From Gemmatimonadota bacterium (GTDB lineage: Bacteria; Gemmatimonadota; Gemmatimonadetes; Gemmatimonadales; Gemmatimonadaceae), in contig JAZJZK010000009.1 in the NCBI GenBank assembly GCA_040389905.1, positions 32,001 through 96,000 of the forward strand: a DNA stretch of 64,000 nt. The letters run 5' to 3'. Below the pieces are notes generated by a model, which made no database searches, was not told where the DNA came from, and saw only the letters and a program-made list of their open reading frames with translations. Both the position numbers and the translations under genes were made by a program. Every line of letters starts with the position of its first letter. The first letter of the stretch is position 1. Shown here piece by piece: positions 45,782-53,665 of the stretch.

Positions 45782-48532
45782 GTGCGGATCGTCGAACCGG
45801 TTGCTCGCGTTTTTCAACCGCTACAGCGCAAACTGCCGCTATTGATCGCTGCGCTCCTCTGCGCCGTTGTCGTTGGATTTCTGTGGTTGGTGAACCGCGA
45901 GTTGAAGGGCGCGTTCGAATCTGCGGCGAGTCAACGCCTCAGCGTCGCCGCGCAGCGACTTGCCAGCATGTTCTCGGAGTCGAGCGGTGCGCTCCGTGGC
46001 GAGATGCGCCGCCTGGTGTCCGATAGTGCGATCACGGCGCTCATGACGAAGCAAGATGCATCGTCCATCACCGCTGCGACCGCACTCCTCGTACAACGCC
46101 GCCCGAATGCCGGCGCCCCTCCTTCGCGCGCGATCTGGACGCGTGACTGCCGGTTGCTCGTATCGACGGGAGAGTTCAAGGGCACGTCACTGCTCGAAAC
46201 GTGTCCCAGGGAGTCGCCACTCGTCGATCATTCGCCGGCGCAGGGAAATGACTGGGTGCACCCGATGGGCGCCTTTGGCAAGACGATGGTGTATGCGACC
46301 GTCGTTCCCATCGAGGGCGCGGCGCACGATACCCTGGGGCATCTCGTGCAGCTTCGCACCCTCACCGGCGCGGCAACGACGCAGTTGTTGAGCAGTATGC
46401 TCGGCAAGGACGCGACGCTCCTCTTTGGAAACGCACGCGGCCCCGTTTTCTGGACGGATTTGTCCAAGCCGACCGACGGTCCGCCGCGCTCCATTCCGCC
46501 GGGCATCGCGACGCACTACACGGGAAAGGACGGCGTCGAGCAGTTCGGCGTGGCGCAGACCATCGCCTCCACGCCGTGGACGCTCTGGGTGCAGATGCCC
46601 GTGGCCACGGTCGCCGCGAGCCAGGTGGACGTGCTCCGCCAGCTCGCCTACATCGCACTCGTCTGCATTATCATCGGCGTACTGGGGGCGTGGGCGTTGA
46701 GCCACCACGTCACGCGCCCAATCCTCGAGCTCAAGCGGGCGGCGGAAGACCTCGCCGGCGGCGACTATTCGCGCCGAGTGGACGTCACGCGGAATGACGA
46801 GCTGGGAATGCTCATGACGTCGTTCAACAGAATGGCGGAGCAAGTCCAGGCCGGCAACGAAGAACTGAGCGCCCAAACCGAGGAACTGGAGCACCACTTC
46901 ACCGAAGCACAGGACCTCGCGCGCCAACTGGAGATGTCCAACCAGGAGCTCATCGAGTCCGCTGAGCTCACGGAACGTGCGCATCACGAGCGCGAGCTCG
47001 CGCAGTCGTTGCTCGATGAGGTGATCAATCGCGCGCCGGTCGGCATCGCGGTGTTCGACGCGCAGCTGCGATATGTGCGCCTCAATCCGGCCCTCGCCGC
47101 GATGAACGGCGTGTCCATCGAGGAGCACATCGGCCGCACCGCGTCCGCGGTCGTGCCGGAGTGGGGCAACTTTGCCGTCCCGCATTTGTCGAGCGTCATC
47201 CAAACCGGCGCAACGCTGGCCAACAAGGACGTGAACGACATCATGCTCGGCGGAAAGAAGCGGCATTGGCTCGCGAGCTACTTCCCCGTCCGTGGCCACC
47301 GCGGTGAGGTGATCGGTGCCGGCGCGATGATCCTCGATACGACGCTGCATCATGAGCTCGAGGCGCAATTGCTCCAGGCGCAGAAGATGGATGCCGTCGG
47401 CCGTCTGGCTGGAGGCGTGGCACATGATTTCAACAACCTGCTCACCGTCATCAGCAGCTACAGCGAAATGGCGCTGGAGACGCTCGCGCGGGAAGATCCC
47501 CTCTACGCCGACATGCAGGAGATTCGCAGCTCGGCGGAACGGGCATCGCGGCTCACGCGGCAATTGCTCGCGTTTAGCCGAAAGCAGGTCATGCAGCCAC
47601 AGGTGCTCGACCTCAACCGCGTGGCCACCGAGATGGAGCGCATGCTGCGTCGCCTGATCGGCGAAGATGTGATGCTCCTGCTCGACCTCGCGCCCAAGCT
47701 CGGCGAGGTGTGTGCGGATCCGGGCCAGATCGAGCAGGTCCTGATGAATCTCGTGCTCAACGCGCGCGACGCGATGCCGGAGGGCGGACGCCTGGTAATC
47801 GGTACGTCGAACCTCAGCCTGACGTCGGACCTCGCACTCGATGCGGAAACGTTACCGGCCGGCGAGTACGTGACGCTGAGCGTGGACGATTCGGGCACCG
47901 GGATGACCGACGAGACGAAAGGGCATCTCTTCGAGCCGTTCTTCACCACCAAGGCAACCGGTCAGGGAACTGGCCTTGGGCTGTCGACGGTGTACGGCAT
48001 CGTGAAACAGTCCGGGGGAGACGTCGTGGTCCGCTCGTCGCCCGGGAAGGGCTCGAACTTCATGATCTATCTCCCGCGACACAAGCGTCAAGCCAATCGC
48101 ACCCCGCTCAACGGCAACAAGCCGGCAGGTGCGTACGGTGGATCGGAGACGATTCTCCTCGTCGAAGACGATGCCGCGCTCCGCAATCTCGCCCGACGCA
48201 TCCTCAAGTCTGCGGGCTACACCGTGCTCGAGGCGCGAACGGCGAACACTGCCATCGAGCTCGGCACGAATCACGAAGGCATCATCCACTTGCTTCTGAC
48301 GGATGTGGTCATGCCGCAGGCGAGCGGCCGAGAAGTCGGCGACCGCCTGTCCGTGCTGCGGCCAGATATTCGGGTGCTCTACATGTCCGGTTATACGGAC
48401 GACGACGTCATGCGGCGCGGCGTTGTCTCCGCGAAAACGGAGTTTCTGCAAAAACCATTTACACCGGAAGAACTCATCCGTCGTATTCGCGAAGTACTCG
48501 ACGCGAATATCGTCCACGCCGAGGCGGTGTAA
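45782..48532 (+). CDS. Membrane HAMP/PAS hybrid sensor histidine kinase
   Basis: Two TM helices, HAMP DELG.L...[19 protein letters not shown], receiver domain. Confidence 0.92.
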   Translation: MRIVEPVARVFQPLQRKLPLLIAALLCAVVVGFLWLVNRELKGAFESAASQRLSVAAQRLASMFSESSGALRGEMRRLVSDSAITALMTKQDASSITAATALLVQRRPNAGAPPSRAIWTRDCRLLVSTGEFKGTSLLETCPRESPLVDHSPAQGNDWVHPMGAFGKTMVYATVVPIEGAAHDTLGHLVQLRTLTGAATTQLLSSMLGKDATLLFGNARGPVFWTDLSKPTDGPPRSIPPGIATHYTGKDGVEQFGVAQTIASTPWTLWVQMPVATVAASQVDVLRQLAYIALVCIIIGVLGAWALSHHVTRPILELKRAAEDLAGGDYSRRVDVTRNDELGMLMTSFNRMAEQVQAGNEELSAQTEELEHHFTEAQDLARQLEMSNQELIESAELTERAHHERELAQSLLDEVINRAPVGIAVFDAQLRYVRLNPALAAMNGVSIEEHIGRTASAVVPEWGNFAVPHLSSVIQTGATLANKDVNDIMLGGKKRHWLASYFPVRGHRGEVIGAGAMILDTTLHHELEAQLLQAQKMDAVGRLAGGVAHDFNNLLTVISSYSEMALETLAREDPLYADMQEIRSSAERASRLTRQLLAFSRKQVMQPQVLDLNRVATEMERMLRRLIGEDVMLLLDLAPKLGEVCADPGQIEQVLMNLVLNARDAMPEGGRLVIGTSNLSLTSDLALDAETLPAGEYVTLSVDDSGTGMTDETKGHLFEPFFTTKATGQGTGLGLSTVYGIVKQSGGDVVVRSSPGKGSNFMIYLPRHKRQANRTPLNGNKPAGAYGGSETILLVEDDAALRNLARRILKSAGYTVLEARTANTAIELGTNHEGIIHLLLTDVVMPQASGREVGDRLSVLRPDIRVLYMSGYTDDDVMRRGVVSAKTEFLQKPFTPEELIRRIREVLDANIVHAEAV

Positions 48533-48549
48533 AAGGCAGAACAAGCCTC

Positions 48550-48646
48550 ACCACAGAGGACACAGAGGACACAGAGGACAGCATCAACGCATTGAGTCTC
48601 TGTGACCTCTGTGTCCTCTGTGGTTCAATCGGTTGCAGTTCACGCA
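48550..48646. repeat. Palindromic element of 9-mer tandem units (CACAGAGGA x3 / inverted x3)
   Basis: Left arm 48550-48579, right arm 48596-48624; followed by GCAGTTCACGCA, also found at the end of the element at 35301. Confidence 0.85.
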
Positions 48647-48649
48647 CGA

Positions 48650-49114
48650 TTACGGTGGTGGAGGCCCCCCGCGCGGCGGAGGACCGAACGGCGGTGGGCC
48701 ATCTGGCGGCGGGCCACCACGACCGCCGCGACCGGGAGGGCCTCCCTGTCGGCCAAAGGGCGGCAACTCGCGGGTCGCGCGTGCGAGTCGATCGCGCTGA
48801 TCAGCATCCAGGAGTGGGTCGAGTTCGGCACGCATGGAATCGATCGACGCGCGCAACTCGTCGTTGGTGCGCCGAATGAGGAGTTGATTGCGCTCCGCGG
48901 CGCGCTGGATGATCGGCCTGAGTTGTTCGGCCTGCGCGCCATCCCGCGGGTTGATGACCTCTTCGATATGCCGCGCGAGGCCAGGAGGGCGTCCCATCCC
49001 CCCAAGTCGCTCGCGACGCTGGCGGTCGAGCGACCCCGCGCCCGCCGCGCCGAGAACCATGCCGACCAACAGCGTAGCGCCGAGCAGGAGCGCCGACTTC
49101 GTGCCGGCCGTCAC
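48650..49114 (-). CDS. Spy/CpxP-like or heavy-metal-sensor-like periplasmic helical protein
   Basis: TM/signal segment, helical core ending LDADQ, Pro/Gly tail. Confidence 0.6.
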   Translation of the reverse strand: MTAGTKSALLLGATLLVGMVLGAAGAGSLDRQRRERLGGMGRPPGLARHIEEVINPRDGAQAEQLRPIIQRAAERNQLLIRRTNDELRASIDSMRAELDPLLDADQRDRLARATRELPPFGRQGGPPGRGGRGGPPPDGPPPFGPPPRGGPPPP

Positions 49115-49452
49115 TGGAGCGACTCCGCGCCAAGCATGGCGCCGCTTCCGACCGCGGCCGCAATCGTCACCGGCTGAAGGCCGAGCGCCGCCGCGAAGGT
49201 AGAGTCAGACGACCCGCCCGCCGACCTCAGGTTCCACGCAATCAGCGCGATCGACGCGGCGAGCAGTGCGGGGAGCACGCGCACGGCTTGCCGGTTGAGC
49301 GAGGTCGCTACGGACTGACTCGTCGCGAGTCGATCGGCGGCAACCCGCGCCAGCACGCGATCAGCAAACCCCTCGCCGAAGCGAGGCGTTCCGATATCGT
49401 GCGCTTCGCTCACGAGTGTCTGCAGTGCGGAATCCATCTCCTGATCGTTCAT
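49111..49452 (-). CDS. Putative anti-sigma factor (single TM)
   Basis: GFADRVLAR followed by a TM helix; overlaps the sigma gene stop. Confidence 0.65.
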   Translation of the reverse strand: MNDQEMDSALQTLVSEAHDIGTPRFGEGFADRVLARVAADRLATSQSVATSLNRQAVRVLPALLAASIALIAWNLRSAGGSSDSTFAAALGLQPVTIAAAVGSGAMLGAESLQ

Positions 49453-50033
49453 CGATCCTCCGTGATTGCGCCGCTTCGCATGTACGGCGCCAGCGTCACC
49501 TTCAATTCCTGCATCGCGCGTGAGAGGCGCGACAAGACCGTCCCCTCCGGGATTCCCAAAGCCTGTGCCGTTTCCTTCGTGGTAAGGTCTTGCAGGAGAC
49601 GCAGCACGACGACCGGCTGATGCCTCGGGCCGAGCATCGCGACGGCGCGCCGCACCATCGAGCGACGCTCATCGCCATCATCCAGCGCCACAGCCGGGAC
49701 GGCCGCGTCTGGAACCGGTGTCTCCGCCTGGTCCCTGCTGATGAATCGCAGCGCTCCACGACGGCGGCTCTTGAGGGCATTGAGTGAAAGATTCATCGCG
49801 ATGCGCACCAGATACGTCTTGAGTGTGCTCTCTTCGCGGAAGCTGTCGAGCGCACGATGAAAGCGAATGAACGTCTCTTGTCCCACGTCGTCGGCATCAT
49901 CGCCGCGACCGAGCATGCCAATCACCGTGGCTGCGACAACCGGTTCGTACCGGACGACGAGAAGGCGAAAGGCCTCATCATCGCCCCGGCGCGCGCGTGC
50001 GATCAACCCGGCGTCGGTGTCGGTGTCGGTCAT
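49449..50033 (-). CDS. ECF RNA polymerase sigma factor
   Basis: GDDEAF..LV.RY, DDVGQETF, TYLVRIAMN, ETAQALGIPEGTVLSRLSRA. Confidence 0.93.
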   Translation of the reverse strand: MTDTDTDAGLIARARRGDDEAFRLLVVRYEPVVAATVIGMLGRGDDADDVGQETFIRFHRALDSFREESTLKTYLVRIAMNLSLNALKSRRRGALRFISRDQAETPVPDAAVPAVALDDGDERRSMVRRAVAMLGPRHQPVVVLRLLQDLTTKETAQALGIPEGTVLSRLSRAMQELKVTLAPYMRSGAITEDR

Positions 50034-50153
50034 GATCAGGAGTTGGACAACGCGACGTGACGATTCATTCCATTTGCGGGAAATGGAATGGAGTGCCAGC
50101 GATCGTTGTCAAAGCTCCGACCCCACCGTCACCGCACTACGGAGCACATTCAC

Positions 50154-50903
50154 ATGAATAACCATCGAGAAGTTTGTGCCGCAACACTCATCGCCATCGC
50201 GATCGGCGCGTGCAGCAGCGCCGCCGATGCCACTGGGGCGACCACGAGCGCCACGAACATACCCGCAGTGTACGCCAAGTTCACGAGTGACGTGCAGGTT
50301 ACCGTCGAGGGAAACACGATTGTGCTCCGGTCGACCGGCGTACCGAATCACAAGAGTCCCTATTTCCCGACGACAGACGCTCGGTACGAAGCGTACAACG
50401 GGACGAACGCGAACTACGCAAAGGCGGGCAACAACTCCATCGTCAGCCAGAGCTACGTGTTTCGCATTCCGATGAATCCGACGAAGGCAGCGACGGCTGC
50501 CGCCACGCCACTCGGACCAATCGGTATCTCGCTCGCCGGTGTACCGTTCTTCAACCAATACAACGGGCAGAACCGGCCGTTGTCCGCGGAGATCGACAGC
50601 TTCGACCAGTACAACGGACATCCGACGCCGACCAACGAATATCACTATCACGTCGAGCCGCTCTACCTCACGAAGACCGTCGGGTCGAGCGTGCTGCTCG
50701 GTTTTCTCCTGGATGGCTTTCCGGTGTACGGTCCCGTGGAGAATGGCAAGCGGATGGTGAACGCTGACCTCGATGCCCTGCATGGGCACGTCGGCGTGAC
50801 CGTGGATTACCCGAACGGGATCTACCACTACCATATCACGGACGCCGATCCGTATGTCAATGGCGCTGGCTTCTATGGTACCGCCGGCACGGTGGGACGC
50901 TGA
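50154..50903 (+). CDS. YHYH-domain lipoprotein
   Basis: GAC lipobox; GVPNH, GPIG, D..NGH, YHYH twice, DGFPVYGP. Confidence 0.88.
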   Translation: MNNHREVCAATLIAIAIGACSSAADATGATTSATNIPAVYAKFTSDVQVTVEGNTIVLRSTGVPNHKSPYFPTTDARYEAYNGTNANYAKAGNNSIVSQSYVFRIPMNPTKAATAAATPLGPIGISLAGVPFFNQYNGQNRPLSAEIDSFDQYNGHPTPTNEYHYHVEPLYLTKTVGSSVLLGFLLDGFPVYGPVENGKRMVNADLDALHGHVGVTVDYPNGIYHYHITDADPYVNGAGFYGTAGTVGR

Positions 50904-50904
50904 C

Positions 50905-51345
50905 ATGCGTGCGACACTCTCTGGTCTGCTGTGCCTTGCACTCGCCGCGGCGGCGGCGCCGCACGCCGCTCTTCGCGCGACGTCCGAACCGGATGAACTG
51001 CGCCGAGTCTGGCACGACAACGGGCAGCTCGCGGAGGAGCGCGGATTCGTGAAGGGCAGGGAAAATGGAACGCATCGCGGCTGGTGGCCATCCGGCGCCG
51101 TACACTTCACCTACGAGTACCGCGACGGAGTGCTCGATGGCGTGTCGCGTGAGTTCTATCCATCCGGGGCGCTGTGGCGCGCGCAGCACTACGCGCGCGG
51201 ACACGAGGAGGGATTGCAGCGGCTTTTCTGGGAAGACGGTCGCGTCCGGGCAAGCTACGTCGTACGCGGGGGACGCCGATTCGGACTCATGGGAGCGAAG
51301 GGGTGCGTCACACGTGCGGACAGTCTCGAGGCAGGCATTCTATGA
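50905..51345 (+). CDS. MORN-variant repeat (YwqK-like) protein
   Basis: WHDNGQL, WWPSG, FYPSG, WEDG repeats; ends GLMGAKGC. Confidence 0.8.
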   Translation: MRATLSGLLCLALAAAAAPHAALRATSEPDELRRVWHDNGQLAEERGFVKGRENGTHRGWWPSGAVHFTYEYRDGVLDGVSREFYPSGALWRAQHYARGHEEGLQRLFWEDGRVRASYVVRGGRRFGLMGAKGCVTRADSLEAGIL

Positions 51346-52004
51346 AAGTTGCGCTCTTTGGAACACTGACGATGGGAGTCGTTGCCGCAGCCGCACTCGT
51401 GGCTGCGAGCGAGGCTCGGCGCGTCCCGTCGCTTCCGTACTACGCCGACGCGACGCTGACGCCGCACTGGGCATCGAGCCGACGCGAGTTGGACACCGCG
51501 CATACCGTCGGGGAGTTCTCGCTGTTCGACCAGACGGGGCACGCCATGAATCGCGCGGTCGTTGCCAATCACGTCTACGTCGCCAGCTTCTTCTACTCAA
51601 CGTGCCGCACGCTCTGTCCCGCGCTGCGTACCGAGCTCGCCCGAGTGCACGACGCCTTCGCGAAGGACACGAACGTGTTGATTCTCTCGCACTCCGTGAC
51701 GCCTGAGGCGGACGACGTCGGCCGACTGGCGCACTACGCCAGGGTGAATGGCATCGATGACCGGCGGTGGCGATTGTTGACGGGATCGCGCTCGGAAGTG
51801 GAGCGACTCGCGCGGGAACGCTATTTCGTCGAACTATCCGACACGACCGGTAACACGGTTGGACGACTGCGACACACCGAAACGCTCGTGCTCATCGACG
51901 GCGACGGTCACATTCGCGGCGTCTACGACGGCTCGCTGGCATTCGAGGTGAATCAACTGATCAAGGATATTCGCGCCCTGCGCGCACCACCGAAATGGAA
52001 CTGA
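51342..52004 (+). CDS. SCO-family copper-binding protein
   Basis: FFYSTCRTLCP (CxxxC), SVTPEAD, HTETLVLIDGDGHIRGVY. Confidence 0.9.
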   Translation: MKVALFGTLTMGVVAAAALVAASEARRVPSLPYYADATLTPHWASSRRELDTAHTVGEFSLFDQTGHAMNRAVVANHVYVASFFYSTCRTLCPALRTELARVHDAFAKDTNVLILSHSVTPEADDVGRLAHYARVNGIDDRRWRLLTGSRSEVERLARERYFVELSDTTGNTVGRLRHTETLVLIDGDGHIRGVYDGSLAFEVNQLIKDIRALRAPPKWN

Positions 52005-52041
52005 TGTCCCCCACCGCTTACGTACCACTCTCTCGAGGAGG

Positions 52042-52692
52042 ATGAAGATGTCACGCATAGGAATTACACTCACGCTGGCAGCGGCATTGGCGGCCGGTCC
52101 GGTGCTCGCCGCGCAACCGGCGCCGGGCCAGGGTCCGCCACCAAACGGGCGAGGCATGGGACCGGGACGTCCTGGCCCAGGGCCAGGACCGGGGTTTGCC
52201 TCGGTGCTCCTGGCGCGAACGGGCGAGCTCAAGCTGACTGACCAACAGGTCACGCGTCTGGCCGGAATTGCGCGACAGGCATCGGAGCGCCACAAGGCAA
52301 ACCAGGTGGCGCTGGATTCACTCCTCAACCAGGATGCGCGCGCGAGAGCCGACCGCCCGGAGGATCGCCCGGCCGGTCCGCCGCCTGCCGCGCGCGCGCT
52401 ACTCGATCGGGTGCGCACGCAGGAACACAATGATCTGCGTGACGCGCTGGCAATTCTTACTCCCGAGCAGCTCGCGACGGCATTCGAGTTGTCCAGGGGA
52501 GGGCCCGGCGGCCGTCCTGGTCCGAACGGACCTGGTGGACCCGCTGGCGGGCAGCGCGGCATGCGGCCCGGGATGGCCGGACCAATGGGCCCGGGAGCAG
52601 GCCCGCGCGGCGGTTCGCCGAACGGCCCCCCGAATGGTCCGCCGAATGGAGGGGCGCAGCGCGCGCCGGGCGCTCGTCCGGGGCCGCCGTGA
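52042..52692 (+). CDS. Spy/CpxP-like periplasmic protein with Pro/Gly-rich tails
   Basis: Signal peptide; LTDQQ and LTPEQ (LTxxQ) motifs. Confidence 0.75.
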   Translation: MKMSRIGITLTLAAALAAGPVLAAQPAPGQGPPPNGRGMGPGRPGPGPGPGFASVLLARTGELKLTDQQVTRLAGIARQASERHKANQVALDSLLNQDARARADRPEDRPAGPPPAARALLDRVRTQEHNDLRDALAILTPEQLATAFELSRGGPGGRPGPNGPGGPAGGQRGMRPGMAGPMGPGAGPRGGSPNGPPNGPPNGGAQRAPGARPGPP

Positions 52693-52768
52693 CGTAACCC
52701 AAGGGAAGTCGCGGGATCTGCACTTTTCGCGAGGTGCGGATCCTTCGCTTCGCACGCTCGGGGTGACG
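52693..52768. repeat. Degenerate GTCAT-type REP doublet
   Basis: GGGATCTGCAC...GTGCGGATCCTTCG...CTCGGGGTGACG. Confidence 0.65.
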
Positions 52769-52855
52769 ATGCAATGTGGAGTGGGGCGACGCCTTGCGTC
52801 TCCCACGATACTCGGACTCATGAGATTCGGGGATTGGGTCGATACTGGCTTCCTG

Positions 52856-53665
52856 ATGAACTGTCCGCCGGGTCGTCGATCGCGCTGTCGAGCATGCATG
52901 CTTCTGCTCGGCGGCATGGCATTGTTTAGCCAGTCTGCGAGTGGCCAAGGGCGCGCGGTCCGCACACCCGTACGGCTTGAGGTCGCCGTTGAAGACGAAG
53001 CAGATCCGTGGTCTCGCAAGGACGGTAACGGCTACGCCAATGACATTGTGCGCGCGGCCTTCGCTGCGGCGAATGTCGACGCCCACCTCGTGGTAACGCC
53101 GTACGCGCGATGTAAACAGATGGTGGTCCAGGGTTCGGTCGTTGCGTGTTTCAGCATGTCACCGTATCCGCGACAGAGCGACCACGTGATCTTCGCACCC
53201 AAGCCGCTCTTCGTCATTCACTCGGTGCTCATCGAGCGCGCAGACTCGACGGCCAGTGCGCCGAGCGCGGCAGGCAAGGCGGTTGCGAAACGAGTTGGCG
53301 TGGTGCGCGGATATGAGTACCCGGACCCAGTCTACCGCTTCGAAGCGAGTGGCGCCGCCGTATTTGACTACAGCGCGTCGGAAGCGATCAACCTGCGGAA
53401 ACTCATGGCGCGCCGGTTGGACGCGGTCCTCGTGAACCTCGACAAGATGAAAACATTGCCGCACGTCCTTGCGCTGGCTGGCGTCACCGGAAAGGTCCGA
53501 CGATCCATGGATTTTGGTGACATGCGCGCGTACCTCGGCTTCAGTCGTAAACACCCGCAGTCACAATGGGCGCTCGCACGGTACACTGAAGGGCTCGCGC
53601 TCATCAGCGAAAACGGAGAGGCGGATCGGATTCGCGTCGAATGGGAGCGACGCGTGCCGAAGTGA
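52856..53665 (+). CDS. Periplasmic substrate-binding protein (SBP_bac_3-like)
   Basis: G...DIVRAAF, P.AR, VGVVRGYEY, L...RLD, YLGFS. Start uncertain. Confidence 0.75.
   Translation: MNCPPGRRSRCRACMLLLGGMALFSQSASGQGRAVRTPVRLEVAVEDEADPWSRKDGNGYANDIVRAAFAAANVDAHLVVTPYARCKQMVVQGSVVACFSMSPYPRQSDHVIFAPKPLFVIHSVLIERADSTASAPSAAGKAVAKRVGVVRGYEYPDPVYRFEASGAAVFDYSASEAINLRKLMARRLDAVLVNLDKMKTLPHVLALAGVTGKVRRSMDFGDMRAYLGFSRKHPQSQWALARYTEGLALISENGEADRIRVEWERRVPK

Noticed and set aside
48550..48624. CRISPR array
   Set aside because: Units are 9-bp contiguous tandem repeats without unique spacers, and no cas genes are present. The same applies to the 35301 and 60604 elements.
50905..51345. YwqK antitoxin of a toxin-antitoxin system
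   Set aside because: Only generic MORN-variant repeats are seen; the neighbours are YHYH and SCO genes, with no toxin.
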